A DNA stretch of 63,898 bases, the filler included, from Octopus bimaculoides (lineage: Eukaryota), in NCBI RefSeq assembly GCF_001194135.2. It is 5 parts of 5 records of this genome, joined end to end, with 100 filler letters (N's around TTAATTAATTAA, not from the genome) between each part and the next. Parts side by side here need not be neighbours in the genome. Positions count along the whole stretch, not along the records: positions 1 to 16,697 come from NC_068994.1; 4 more parts are not named here. One strand, written 5' to 3'. Each line of letters begins with the position of its first letter. The first letter of the stretch is position 1. This document shows, piece after piece, positions 1 through 12,830 of this stretch. A program made the translations under genes and the position numbers. The notes under the pieces are model-generated. The model was given only the letters and a program-made list of their open reading frames with translations, was not told the DNA's origin and searched no databases.

Positions 1-31
1 ATATATATATATATACATATATATATCTATG

Positions 32-88
<57 letters not shown>

Positions 89-368
89 ATATATGTATAT
101 ATATTTATATATATATATATATGTATGTATATATATGTATACACACACAGACACACACACATATATACACATATATACATCCATACATACATACGTACAT
201 ACATAAATTCATACATACATACATCCATACATGCATACATACACTCACAAGGCTTTGGTCGGCCCGTGCCTATAGTAGAAGACACTTGCTCAAGGTACCA
301 CACAGTGTCTGAACCCAGAACCATGTGGTTTGAAAGCAAGCTTCTTATCACACAGCCACGATTGCATC

Positions 369-412
<44 letters not shown>

Positions 413-988
413 AACACACATACATATATATATATGTATATATATAAATACACATATATATATATATTTATATGTATGTATGTATGTATTATTTATTTTC
501 TTAATCCTACTCCACAACTGCCTATCCTCTACTTTTTGGAACACTTCAAGAAAACAACTAAAATGTCTGTCCGGGACAGATTCCCAACCTTAATGCTCTC
601 CATGTACTACTAACTTCATCGTTGTTTAAACGGTTTAGAATGTCAGTGAGGAAACCAGAGACGTAGCTAAGGGACGTAATACTGATATCATGCAAAGTGG
701 TGTGAATTATACCGCTTGCACCATGCACAACGACTGTCAACTGAAATCATATCAAAGTGACATTATTAAACAGCGTCATATAAAGTCATAGTTAAAACTG
801 CTGTTAGTATGAAATATTAGAGATATCGGTACAGTCACATGGTACATAGATAGATGCATACACACGCGCACACTCATACACACATGTATTTATGTATACA
901 TACATATGCACACACATACATGTAGATATGAATAAATACATACAATTTCATACATATATATGTATGTATGCGTGTACATATATATGTA

Positions 989-1025
<37 letters not shown>

Positions 1026-1469
1026 NNNNNNNNNNNNNNNNNNNNNNNNNNNNNNNNNNNNNNNNNNNNNNNNNNNNNNNNNNNNNNNNNNNNNNNNNNN
1101 NNNNNNNNNNNNNNNNNNNNNNNNNNNNNNNNNNNNNNNNNNNNNNNNNNNNNNNNNNNNNNNNNNNNNNNNNNNNNNNNNNNNNNNNNNNNNNNNNNNN
1201 NNNNNNNNNNNNNNNNNNNNNNNNNNNNNNNNNNNNNNNNNNNNNNNNNNNNNNNNNNNNNNNNNNNNNNNNNNNNNNNNNNNNNNNNNNNNNNNNNNNN
1301 NNNNNNNNNNNNNNNNNNNNNNNNNNNNNNNNNNNNNNNNNNNNNNNNNNNNNNNNNNNNNNNNNNNNNNNNNNNNNNNNNNNNNNNNNNNNNNNNNNNN
1401 NNNNNNNNNNNNNNNNNNNNNNNNNNNNNNNNNNNNNNNNNNNNNNNNNNNNNNNNNNNNNNNNNNNNN

Positions 1470-1539
<70 letters not shown>

Positions 1540-1751
1540 GAAACTGAGTCTTTGAGGCTTAATTATCTAGAACACATTGCATGAAATAGATGTCTTCGAT
1601 GGTAACCAAAATTACTAATGAAATGTTACGAAAGACCTCCATTTCATAGAAGCGTTCTTCAGAAGAAATTAGCGAAGTTTGTGTTTTTTCTAAGTTTGAA
1701 TCAACTATTTCTTGATAACTTTTTGCTTTCATTCACTTTCAGATTACAAAT

Positions 1752-2111
1752 ATGCAAAGTAAAATATTCGCCATAATTTTGTTCTGGTTGTTGCAATCGT
1801 CTGCGCAGGAAACATTGAAAGCAGCGTCAACGGTGAAAACGCCCTGCAGTTCAAACTGCGAATGTTCTTTAATAGGAATGAATTGTACAGGCAACGATTT
1901 AAAGTTTCCTTTACTCGTACCACCAAATATTACATCGGTAGTTATCACTAATTTATCACAACCGTTTCTACCGTGTAACGGATTTAAAACTTCAAACCGT
2001 CTCAACATAACTTTTTTGAACCTGAAGACTATCTCAATGACAGATTGCTTTTTCGGAAACGTAGCAGTTGAAAGACTTTACTTCGAAAAAAGTCGAATTA
2101 AAAGGTTTAAG
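1752..2111 (+). CDS. First coding exon of a secreted leucine-rich-repeat-like protein (signal peptide, LRR N-cap, first repeats)
   Basis: Pyrimidine-rich acceptor (ttttgctttcattcactttcag, ends 1742) lies just before the ATG at 1752, implying an upstream UTR exon. MQSKIFAIILFWLLQSSA is a hydrophobic signal-like peptide. CSSNCECSLIGMNC fits an LRRNT-type Cys cap. Good donor AAG|GTAATC at 2111/2112; the ORF read-through beyond it runs into a SINE. Confidence 0.8.
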
Positions 2112-3196
2112 GTAATCTATTTGAAGCATATTAATATTTATGAAAGCGACAAGCTGGCAGAATCGTGAGTAAATGCTTAGCAGCATTTCTGCCAGAATCA
2201 GAGAAAATGCTTTAGGTTTTAGGTTCTGAATTAAAATTCCGCTGAGGTCGATTTTGCCTTTCATCATTTCGGAGTCGATGAAATAGATACCAGTCGTGTA
2301 CTGAGGTCGACGTAATCGACTTAACAACCGCCACCCATCCTTACGTAATTGCTGGCCTTGTGCCAAAATGTGAAACTAATATGTGTGTTTATGTCAGTGT
2401 ATGTGTGCGTATGTGTGAATGTGTGCTACACGCATATGTGTGCTGAGTGACTGTATGTGCGTGTGTATGAGTTTTGGGTGTGTATGTATGTATATGTGTG
2501 TGCATGGGGTGTGCATCTATGTGTGTATTAATGAAAGTACTTATTTAGTTCTGCTGAAAGAGTATTGTGTGTTCTTTTCTCAAGATCAATAGAACCTGTT
2601 TGCTAATAACCGTTATCTGTTGCTAAGTTATAAAAGTTTCACCTGACCCTTCAGATTCTTTTGTCCACACTTTTGCAAATGTTCGGATCATATATTTCGT
2701 CTGAGAATATCTCGATATCACGATGTGCTGCTTCTTACTTCACTTTCTCTTGTAGTGACAAAGGTTGCTAGAGTGTAAAAAATGAGCAGTGGTTTTCCAG
2801 CGGAGTCCAACGGGTATCTATGCAAACGATTCTCGGCCCCTCTTGGATAAAGTTTCAAGAGGCTCCTCTATTCCATAGCATATGATATAGGCACAGGCGT
2901 GGCTGTGTGGTAGGGAGTTTACTTCCCAGCCCCATGCTTCCGTGTTCATTCCCACCGCGTGGCACTTTGGTCAAGCGTCTGTTACTATAGCCTTGGGTCG
3001 GCCAAAACCACGTGTGTGTGTGTATGTATGTGTGTTAAATAAAATGAGACAACAAAGCCAAGGTAGTGTGAAATTTCTAGGACATTTCTAAAGAGAAAAG
3101 TAGCCTTACAGCTGGTTCAGGAATATGAAGGATATCCCATCATAAGATGCGATATGAGACACACACACACAAAAGCACACACATAAACACATAAAA

Positions 3197-3229
<33 letters not shown>

Positions 3230-3667
3230 NNNNNNNNNNNNNNNNNNNNNNNNNNNNNNNNNNNNNNNNNNNNNNNNNNNNNNNNNNNNNNNNNNNNNNN
3301 NNNNNNNNNNNNNNNNNNNNNNNNNNNNNNNNNNNNNNNNNNNNNNNNNNNNNNNNNNNNNNNNNNNNNNNNNNNNNNNNNNNNNNNNNNNNNNNNNNNN
3401 NNNNNNNNNNNNNNNNNNNNNNNNNNNNNNNNNNNNNNNNNNNNNNNNNNNNNNNNNNNNNNNNNNNNNNNNNNNNNNNNNNNNNNNNNNNNNNNNNNNN
3501 NNNNNNNNNNNNNNNNNNNNNNNNNNNNNNNNNNNNNNNNNNNNNNNGTATATATGTGTGTGTACCTGTATTATTATTATTATTTACTTTTAATCTGCAT
3601 GTTTGTTACAATCTCTCGCCGAGACACACCCAGCATCCTGGGGCGAGTAAACAATAAGAGATTATTA

Positions 3668-3710
<43 letters not shown>

Positions 3711-4231
3711 GCTGACATTTCTTCCGATTATTTTTGTTCTGAGTTCAAATCCCGCCTAGTTCAACTTTGTCTGTCGTTTTCCAGGCTCGATAAAATAAAG
3801 CAACTAACCCCTTCCCTCAAAATTGTTGTCCTTGTATCGAAATTAAAAAGAGTTACTTCAAATTTATGCCATTTGCATCTTTTTATTTATTTTATATAAT
3901 TCTCATTTATTTGTAAAAAAAAATTCATCTACTTATTTTAGTTGAATTTATATTTATTACATTTTTTATCTATTATATTTATTAATTTCAAGTTTTGGCA
4001 CAAGGCTAAACATTTCGGGAGAAGGCTTAAGTCCATTACATCGACTCCCAGTGATCAACCGCTACTTATTTTATCGACTCCGAAAGGATGAAAGACAAAG
4101 TCGACTTTCACAGAATTTGGACTCAGAACATAACGATGAGCGAAAATGCCGCAAAGCATTTTGTCCCTCGTGCTAACGATTCTGCTAGCTCACTGCTCTA
4201 TTTATTATATTATTAATAATTATCTCGCCAA

Positions 4232-4442
4232 CCGTATTTTCCGGCATACAAGTCGACGTCTTCCATAGCGTATACATGCAGCATAACATTCAAATATTGT
4301 CACTATCTTTCCAAATCCTACTGCATTTCACATGGAATTTGTCGTCCTTCAGAGTCGTCTCAGAGTACAAATCGACCAAGCTTTTTTTAGCTGTAAATTT
4401 TTGGCTTGTATACCAATTCGACTTGTATACCGGAAAATACGC
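4232..4442. mobile_element. MITE of Tc1/mariner-pogo (Tc2-like) type in the LRR gene intron
   Basis: Terminal inverted repeats CGTATTTTCCGGCATACAAGTCGA / TCGACTTGTATACCGGAAAATACG (1 mismatch in 24 bp), non-coding interior, TA on the right flank. Confidence 0.75.
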
Positions 4443-4495
4443 TACATTATCTATCATATATATCTTACATATATTTTACTTACATATCTCCTCAG

Positions 4496-4796
4496 CTTTC
4501 CACCGAGCAAACATAGAGGTGTTTCAGCTGGTTCATTGCAATGTGTCCACATTGGAACCGGGTTTGTTTTCCGGCGATAATTACCTCAATAGAAAGAAAT
4601 TGGTCTTCCAACGAAATACAATCGCCGATTTGGGATGTCAGGAGAAACCTGTATTCTCCTTTATCGACAATCGGTTGATATGTAGCAAAAGATTGTCTTG
4701 GCTTTCTGCACACAATATTTCAAACAACATGTGCTACCTCCTGTCTGAATCACGTGAAATACCTGTCAATGGGAAATATCTGAAGAGCATCTGCCG
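4496..4796 (+). CDS. Internal exon of the LRR-like gene (LRR plus LRR-CT-like motif)
   Basis: Acceptor ttttacttacatatctcctcag at 4495. Open frame AFHRANIEVFQLVHCNVSTLEPGLF...NRLICSKRLSWL resembles an LRR and the NPxxCxCxLxWL cap. Phase-2 donor CG|GTACGA at 4796/4797 matches the phase-2 acceptor at 5379. Confidence 0.8.
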
Positions 4797-4992
4797 GTAC
4801 GATATTACTCTTGGGTCTCCTATGTTTCCTTGAAGCCTACATACATACAACCCACACCCAAGTATATATACACACATATATACACACGCATATATATATA
4901 CAAACACATACACGCACATATAATACACATATACACGCATGTATATATATATATATATATATATACATATATATATGGATGCACATACACAC

Positions 4993-5028
<36 letters not shown>

Positions 5029-5378
5029 ATACACACACATGCACACACACACGCATACACAGACACACACATGCACACACCAAGCATATATATACACAGA
5101 CATATACACATACATGCACGCACACACATACACACACATGTATACACATTCATCCACATATATATACACCATATACACATATTCACATTGGTATACATAC
5201 ACACACACTCTTAGTTCGTACTTGCTATATTAATGCTTACTATGTTTTGGCATTTGCTGAAAATGTCACTTGTTGAGCTTTTACTTGCCGGGGTTAAGGT
5301 GTAATCATATTCCAGATATTTTTGATGTTTCTTGACTCTAATCTTTCTTTTTTATTTCATTTTATTTTATCATCTCAG

Positions 5379-6879
5379 TTCTCGCGGTAATTGCAATTTT
5401 TGTCCGATGAAAAACGTATTTTTGTCTAAAAGTGGCTGTCGTGTACCACGAAATATGATTGAAAAATTTGAACAGCTCTCTCAGTGGCGAGAAACCTTAC
5501 GGCAGAATAACATCACAGCAGAATATTTACAGTGTGTTCAACATCCATCTAACAAATGTGCTGGTGAAAGAAATTTCCAAAATCTTCATCGGTTTTTCAA
5601 GCAGTACAACAATTTGAAGAGAAAAATCATAAACTTCCGAGAGAGAAATATTTTGAAGGTTTTAAAGTATTTGAAAAGTAGAAATAATAATGACGTGAAG
5701 TCGATTAACAATAAAACTGTTGTTACTAATCCCAATACTACTGATTCGCTTTCTACAAGAAAGAGGAAACAGTTTAGCAAAACTATTCCTGCTATGAAAG
5801 GTAGGAGAATAAATAATGTCCCTTTGGGACCACTGTTGAAGTTATTGAGAAAACCCTTACTGAAAAAGATCAAGGTTACTAAACTCGAGAAAGCTGTTGA
5901 CGATATCAATGATGCTCATAGAAAAGGATTACCTCGACAAAAGAGCTTCCGGCTTCGGCCTCAGAAACAAAACTTTCCATGGAGAAATATTCAAGTTCGA
6001 ATGCAACAACAGCATCGCATGCAATATTTGCTTGAAACTGTAAAAACCTGGAAACGTGCTCAGCCGAATAGATTTGATACACAATCTAAAAAATCTAGAC
6101 GTTTCAAACGTCGATATGTGCCCCGGATATGGACATATGATTGGTTGACGAAACATTCTGCCACACAAATTCCCAATATTCAAAATTATGTTCAACTTAA
6201 ATTAATATCACAAAGTAAACGCTTGGAGAATACTTCTGCAATTCCTCTTCCCGAGTCATGTGAAGTTTCGTTTTTCTTACCTTTTTCTTCAAAAAGATTT
6301 GGGATTTGCGAAGAATTTTCAGACGGAACATCAAATATTATTTCTCCGGAAACACTGGAAGATTATGAGTACAAAGTATATGCAGAAGGCCTTAAAGATA
6401 CACTACGGGCTAAAATATCTTCCCCTCCTCCAAAATTGAAACTGGTCAAACGTAGTGGAGCCAATGCTGCTCAAAGCCAGCCAAAATCCAAGCAAACGAA
6501 TAGTTCTTCTGCCTTACAGCATGGGAAAAAGAATATAAAAACACTAAAAAATTTGAAAAAGACAGCCAAACTATTTTTATTGAGTTTGGGGTCTAAATTA
6601 AGCAGTAAAAGCAACAGCAGTATTTTTCCACTTTTGGCATCACTTCTATACAATATGAATAACATGAATAACACGAGTAATAAAACTTTTAAGAATAATT
6701 TTGATTTGAAAAAATCAGTGTTACCGATGAAAATGTCATCTGCAAATAGGCTTAATTCCTCTCAGAAAAATAAAGAACAAAACGAAGTTAAGAGACAAAA
6801 ATGGGGAAGCATATTATCGAAGTCGAGCAGATACTTTAAGCAGTCGCAAGGTAATTTGACCTCAGCTAATCGCCAATGA
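5379..6879 (+). CDS. Large, probably terminal, exon of the LRR-like gene: Cys-rich segment then a long K/R/N/S-rich basic region
   Basis: 500-codon non-repetitive open frame. Strong acceptor (ttttattttatcatctcag) at 5378. The splice from 4796 gives ...LKSIC-R-SRGNCNFCP... in frame. Stop TGA at 6877-6879. A possible alternative donor AAG|GTAATT lies at 6850/6851. Confidence 0.85.
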
Positions 6880-7970
6880 TATTTTATTGGAGAACGAAAC
6901 CCATTCATTCGTGACTTTTGGCTCATCCTTTATACACGGTAGAAGCAAACTAAACGTAATATAGATACAAGAAAGATTTGAAAAGCAATGACTAGCGACG
7001 GATTTTAGAATACTTGTATACTTAAAATTCATCTGTACATTAGTCCGATAAAACTTTTAAAGTTGTCCATACAAGATCTAGTAGACACTTAGGTGACAAT
7101 AATCGTTATTTAGATAAATATCCAAGTAGCATTAGTATAACAAAACACTTCATCGGTCCCTTTTTCTGAGAACCTTCCACCTGATACACTTAAAGCTAGG
7201 AGACAAATGAGTGGGTAAACTTGAAGGACAGAATCAGCAAGTCTTTTAGAAGTTGTAGTGGAGTTAACACCGATTTACAGCAGAAACAACTACAACAACA
7301 GTTCTATTTTAGTTAGATATTGACCAACTCAAAGGAAAAAGTGAAAATGATTTGTTTCAGTCAAAACGAATACAAGAGTATTTACAAGACTAACTAAACG
7401 AAAATTACACAAGAAAACTTGAATATGTCGAAGAAGACTAAACATGTAAAAACCTTAAGTGTTTAAAAGCTAAGAAAGTCTGAAAGTAGAGAGAAATTCT
7501 ACAATAACATACATAGGAATAAACGAATGATACATATTATCAGCAACTGGCAATGAAACTTCTTAGAATTTCAAAACTTAAGAGGAATACGAGTAAAATG
7601 GTTACTGATATCTCTATTGATGACAACGTCTGTAGCATTTACAACAAAATTAACATCTATTTTAAGCTTATTCCTGATTCACCACAACTTTTGTCATACA
7701 GATATTATATAAATTTTATCGTACAGATATAACTGACATTGTATGCAATCATGCGATAATAATGACATAAAATATAACAGATTAGGACTGACACAAACAC
7801 TTATACTTCCCAGCAAATATTGTAGCAGCAGGACAGACAGTGATATCATGTACAAAACAAAATAATATTATGCGAGAAAAACCTCAAATATTTATGGTTA
7901 ACAAAAGAAATTGAATTTAACAGATTAAGAAAATCTCAAAATACAGAGCGAAGCAATATTTGCCACTGAA

Positions 7971-8185
7971 AAGCGGCGAGCTGGCAGAAACGTTAGCACG
8001 CCGGACGAAATGCTTAGCGGTATTTCGTCTGCAGTTACGTTCTGAGTTCAAATTCCGCCGAGGTCGACTTTGCCTTTCATCCTTTCGGGGTCGATAGATT
8101 AAGTACCAGTTGCGTACTGGGGGACGATCTAATCGACTGGCGCCCTCCCCAAAAATTTCGGAACTTGTGCCTAGATTAGAAAAGA
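7971..8185 (+). mobile_element. tRNA-derived SINE family B, well-preserved copy
   Basis: GGCGAGCTGGCAGAAACGTTAGC head and B-box-like GAGTTCAAATTCC. Related copies at about 2143-2370(+), 3700-3840(+), 3985-4195(-), 18110-18330(+), 28680-28853(-), 31655-31880(+), 42880-42960(-), 54250-54360(+), 54830-54965(+), plus the 55.7-57.2 kb cluster. Confidence 0.85.
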
Positions 8186-8901
8186 ATATTTGCCACTGCG
8201 ACAAAAATAGAAATTATTGCCAGATTTATTAGCTAATCTAATGAGTCAGTCGAATGTGCTGGACATTTCCTAAACTGGTAAATAAGTTATATAATGAAGA
8301 GATATCTACACTATAATAAACAATAAGGAAGACAGATAAGAAAAGATTTTAAAAATATAGAAGAAACACTCCAAGTCACCCAAGATGTCATATAGAACTT
8401 GAACATAAATATCCTGGATAATTACTTTGGTAAAAACTGGTATAAACTGGTAAATAAATGTAAATGGTGGTCTACCCTAAATCATATCGACTTCTTTCTT
8501 CTATCTATTTCGTTATTCTTACATAACTGTATTCCTATATTAATGTTGATACATAGACACACACGCGCACAAATGCATTCATGCGTGTGTACGTATGTGT
8601 GTGTGTGCGCATGCTTGTGTGTGGTTCTGTGTTTGCATATATATATATATATATATATATTGTGCGTGTGTGGGTGTGTTTCTATTGCTCTGTCTGTAAA
8701 CCGGCATACCAAAGAGTAGACCCGATTTTTTTCTCTTGTGTCGTAAAATGCAATTCAAAGTGCTTGAGCTAGGATTTCAACTCCAACGTCGTAAATCCCT
8801 GACCAGCAACGACTACCCAAATCAGACCCACGGGCTAGAGGTTTGTCCTATGAGCGGTGCAAAGGTGCCACTGGCCAGGATTAGGGATTCACCAACAAAC
8901 C

Positions 8902-8943
<42 letters not shown>

Positions 8944-9514
8944 CCTCACGAAGGCAACTATGAGAAACTTCAAAGTGTCTAACAGCATTTTGTAAAAATA
9001 AACTATAATGTGTTATTTTATTTAAATATTTTGAGTTGATCCCTCAGTGATTTTTTGACTGTTTTTACGAATAACTCTGCATAAAAACCAAAATCTGTGT
9101 GTGTGTGCTTAGAAATACGTGATAGCAGTATGTATGCGATATGCAATGGTGGTGTGTCAACGCTGAGCTTCATTCTTTGGAATTGATGCGTCTGGCTTAG
9201 CATTAGAATAGCTTGACATTAATTGCACAAATGACGTCAGTCTGTAAGGTGCCATTACGTCTTCCTTTTGTTATTACTTAGATTGACGAGGTAGGTCACT
9301 GCTCAAAGCTTTCTGAAGCTTTCCTGAAGCTGGGATGCGGGTAGGAGATGATTGGCTGAAGTTTATAAATTAATAATAATAAGTATAGTAATTACAATAA
9401 TATTCCATTTGTTTTCTTTCGTAGAAGTGATTGAAGACAAAATATAGGCATTTATCAGTAAATAGAAATGACTAAAAGCTAGAAGACATTAAACCTTCAC
9501 TCACCTCATAAGTG

Positions 9515-9735
9515 TTGAAGCGCGTGGCATTGTGGTTAGGATGTTAGACTCATCATCGTAAGACTGTGGTTTCGATTCCTGGACCGGGTGATGCGTTTTG
9601 TTCTTGAGCAAAACACTTCATTTCACATTGCCCCAGTTTACTCAGCTGGCAAAAATGAATAATCTTGTGACAGGCCGGAGTCCTGTCCAGGAGGAATATA
9701 TATATCCATCAAAGAAACCAGAACACTGGCCCTAA
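9515..9735 (+). mobile_element. tRNA-derived SINE, further family
   Basis: A-box-like GTGGCATTGTGGTTAG, B-box-like GGTTTCGATTCC, then a core TTCTTGAGCAAAACACTT...CCCAGTTTACTCAGCTG typical of invertebrate SINE central domains. Confidence 0.65.
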
Positions 9736-9739
9736 TAAG

Positions 9740-10180
9740 TAGTAAACCTTCCCTCACCTAGAGAGAGATAAACCTTAATTCACCATGTAGACAGCAAACC
9801 TTCATTTGACCAATGAATGAGGAGGATTCTTTCACCTCGCAGGTGTTAAACTTCGTAGGGGACAACCTTTACTCACCAAGTGAGACCTCTTAACTCATCT
9901 AGGAAGAGATAGACTATCATTCATATAATAACCGGTAAACTTTCACTTACTTTGTGAAAGATGAACGTTCACTCTCCAAGTGAGAGATAAGCCTTCCCTC
10001 ACCTAGTAAGAGATAAGCCTTCCCTCACCTAGTAAGAGATAGAGCTTTATTACAGAGTGTAATATAAACGTTCACACACACAATGAGATAAGCTTCACTC
10101 ATCTAGTGACAAGTATGCCTTCACTCACCTAGTTAGATTTAAAATTTCGCTCATCTAACGTAACGCAAACTTTCACTTAT
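9740..10180 (+). repeat. Degenerate ~26-bp minisatellite (consensus about AAGCCTTCACTCACCTAGTGAGAGAT)
   Basis: Exact tandem pair of GAGATAAGCCTTCCCTCACCTAGTAA near 9992-10043, flanked by many diverged units. An isolated unit occurs at about 9492. Confidence 0.8.
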
Positions 10181-10434
10181 ATAGGATGTTCAAAAAGTCT
10201 CTCCGCAGAGAATTTTATTTTAGAAGAGTCAACTTTTTTTTTAGACGAGTCATCTTACGTATTGAAAATGAAGGACGATACTTTCAACACTTCTTATAAA
10301 GTTTTTTAAAGTCTTGTAAAGTCTAATATATTCTTTTCTAGTTGTATATCATCTTATAAATACTATTAAACCTTGGGAGATTTATTTCGCAATAAAATAC
10401 TTACTGCGGAGAGACTTTTTGAACACTCTGTATA
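10180..10434. mobile_element. Tc1/mariner-derived MITE
   Basis: TIRs TATAGGATGTTCAAAAAGTCTCTCCGCAG / CTGCGGAGAGACTTTTTGAACACTCTGTATA with TA ends. Confidence 0.85.
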
Positions 10435-12236
10435 ACAGAAGGTAAATCTTCACCCGGTTACAGACTGCAGCCTCGTGCTGCTTCATCTTTCCGTCTTCTG
10501 CCTTTGTACAGCGGTTCCTGTTTTCATGAAGTAGAAAGTTTTGTATCACCTTCACCCAGTACCTCTGTGTCACCTCGAACTCAAACCCTATACAAAGTAC
10601 GTATTTAACACAATCCTTTTCACTCGATTCCCTACGACTACTATCAAGTTCAGTGGTTCTCCTATAAACCCTTTTGATTCCTATTTTACTCCTGTGGACC
10701 CTAGTATCCATTTGATGTTTTAAAAAATCCTATTTTGATCATTAAATATTATTAGGAATTGTATTAAAAATAATTCAAATATCTCTGTATTGTTGAAGTA
10801 TAACCAATGTATTTCACATAAATTTTAACAACAAAATCTTATATGGACCCCTAAGGGTCATGTTGGCCCCGATTGTGAACGACTAGCTGAAATTCAAGAT
10901 GTACAACATACAATTGCCTAAACATTACCAGCCTGTCAAACCTATGAGCACCACTTTGTGTTTTTCTGTCCAAATAATACAAAAGTGTGAGGAGAGGCAG
11001 AACGAGAGCAATGGAACATAGTCACACTTGCCTGAGGTTTAATAAAACATGTTCGAATATAAAGGGATTGACGTGGAAGTTGTGTATAAAGCGGTCGTAG
11101 GATAGAAGTAGACTGCGGACCAGTGGGACTTTATTTGCAAAGGATGTAATCGTTGTTTAGACTCGATCAAGCTTTGATCGGTCATGATCAAGCGGACCTA
11201 GAATCAACGGTGTTCCAACAATGACCCTTCTATCTTTTCCAACCACTGGACTACATTGTCTAATTTGTTTTTCACTCTTTAAGACAAAAGGATGTGATTT
11301 GATGGAGATTTTGCTGCTACTTCTAGCAGGTCAAATGATCAGATACAGTCTTCTACGCTGGCTTCTGATTGGTCACGTTGTTGGAGCAAAGATAATTTAT
11401 GTGTACAATAATTGTCAGTGTGCTACATGACTGATGTCTATTACGTCAGAGGTCACAGTATGGCAAGTGTTAGTAAGTCAAAGTCAAATGACATCATCTT
11501 CAGCTAATCACATCAATTTCCGGAGATGTTAAGTGAAGGTTAACATTAAAATTTTTTAATCAATTATGATTAAAACCGTAATGAAGAGAAAAATCTATTA
11601 ATGATTATTCTTTAATGATTATTCTTGTCATGAAAGGTTAAGAACAAAACTGCAATAACCAAACTAATCATTCTCCCGCTAACTATATTTATTCAATTGG
11701 AATTTTACAGTTGCCCTCCACCCCTTGTATTACTCGACAAGAATTGTCATTAAGACTAATGATTATTCTCCATAATCACAGCTGTAATTTTGATTAATTT
11801 TGATTGGTTAACGTTTTTTGAGGGCTTAACTTTATCATTTGTGCCTTCATTAAACTGTAATATCAGTAGGCCGAACATAAACCAAAGATTTGGGATAGGA
11901 TTTACTGTTCGGTGATGTAAAGACGTTCTCAACTACTAAAGTCTAAAAGTCATAAGTCGGGTAGCATCAGTTATGACAAATCATATTTTTATAATGTCAC
12001 AATCCAGTGGAGAAGCCACTACGTGGCAGCCTTATCTGTTAGAAGTAGCAACCAAGTCTTGGTAATATCGTACCCTACACGTTTATAAGGTATAAAAAAA
12101 TGTCACCTTGGAAAGATCAGTCAGTGATAGATATAAAAGAAGCTGGGATGGTCGAGATTGGAGTGTATTTGATTATGCTTTGCTCAACCAGCATCGGTTG
12201 TCAAGCGATGGTGAAGGGACAAACACAGACACACAA

Positions 12237-12294
<58 letters not shown>

Positions 12295-12644
12295 GACGGG
12301 CTTCTTTCAGTTTCCGTCTACCAGATCCACTCACAAGGCTTAGGTCGGCCCGAATTTATAGTAGAAGGCACTTGCTCAAGGTGCCATTCATATATATATA
12401 TGAATTTACTTGTATGTTTGTGTCTGTGTTTGTCCCCCACCATCGCTTGACAACCGATGTTAGTTTATGTCCCCCATGACTTAGTGGTTCAGCAAAAGAG
12501 GCCGATGGAATAAGTACTAGGCTTACAAACAATAAGTCCTAGAGTCAATTTGTTCGACTAAAGGCGGGGCTCCAGTATGGCCACAGTCAAATGGCCGAAA
12601 GAAGTAAAAGAAAATATATCTATATATATAGATAAATATATTTA

Positions 12645-12830
12645 TTTGACCCTCACCGAAGAGACGAGTTTCGGAGAGCACAGCTATATCAAGGGAATAC
12701 TTTTTTAATTCACATGTAATAAGTGCAGGAAGGCCTTTCTGACCTCTTGTTGAAATTATCATCTAGAAGTGTGCGCACATTCTCATTTGCGGACCCATGA
12801 AAAAACGAACCCCTACCAACTACTTTGCCT
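12645..12830 (-). pseudogene. RTE/BovB-type LINE, AP-endonuclease N-terminal fragment
   Basis: Frameshifted NVRTLLDD...RSERP / ALITCELKKYSLDIAVLSETRLFGEGQ matches the RTE endonuclease start motif (NVRTL...EL..Y..DIAALSETR). Confidence 0.8.

Noticed and set aside
29-1555. Long ORFs such as [16 protein letters not shown] and ERERER here and throughout the window
   Set aside because: Translations of di- and tetranucleotide microsatellites or read-through of N gaps; no splice or domain support.
2656-2690. Peptide FFCPHFCKCSDH resembling a second LRR N-cap
   Set aside because: The frame ends in the wrong phase to join the 4496 exon, and a cap motif mid-array is implausible.
9232-9369. CRE (TGACGTCA), inverted CCAAT and TATAAA cluster
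   Set aside because: CCAAT-to-TATA spacing is only about 10 bp, there is no downstream exon, and such motifs are expected by chance in AT-rich DNA.
9740-10180. CRISPR-like regular spacing (also 15400-15780)
   Set aside because: Units are directly adjacent and diverged, with no unique spacers or cas genes, in a eukaryotic context; these are minisatellites.
10382-10711. 109-aa minus-strand ORF
   Set aside because: No recognisable motif, and its 3' end runs into the MITE TIR; cannot be supported as coding.
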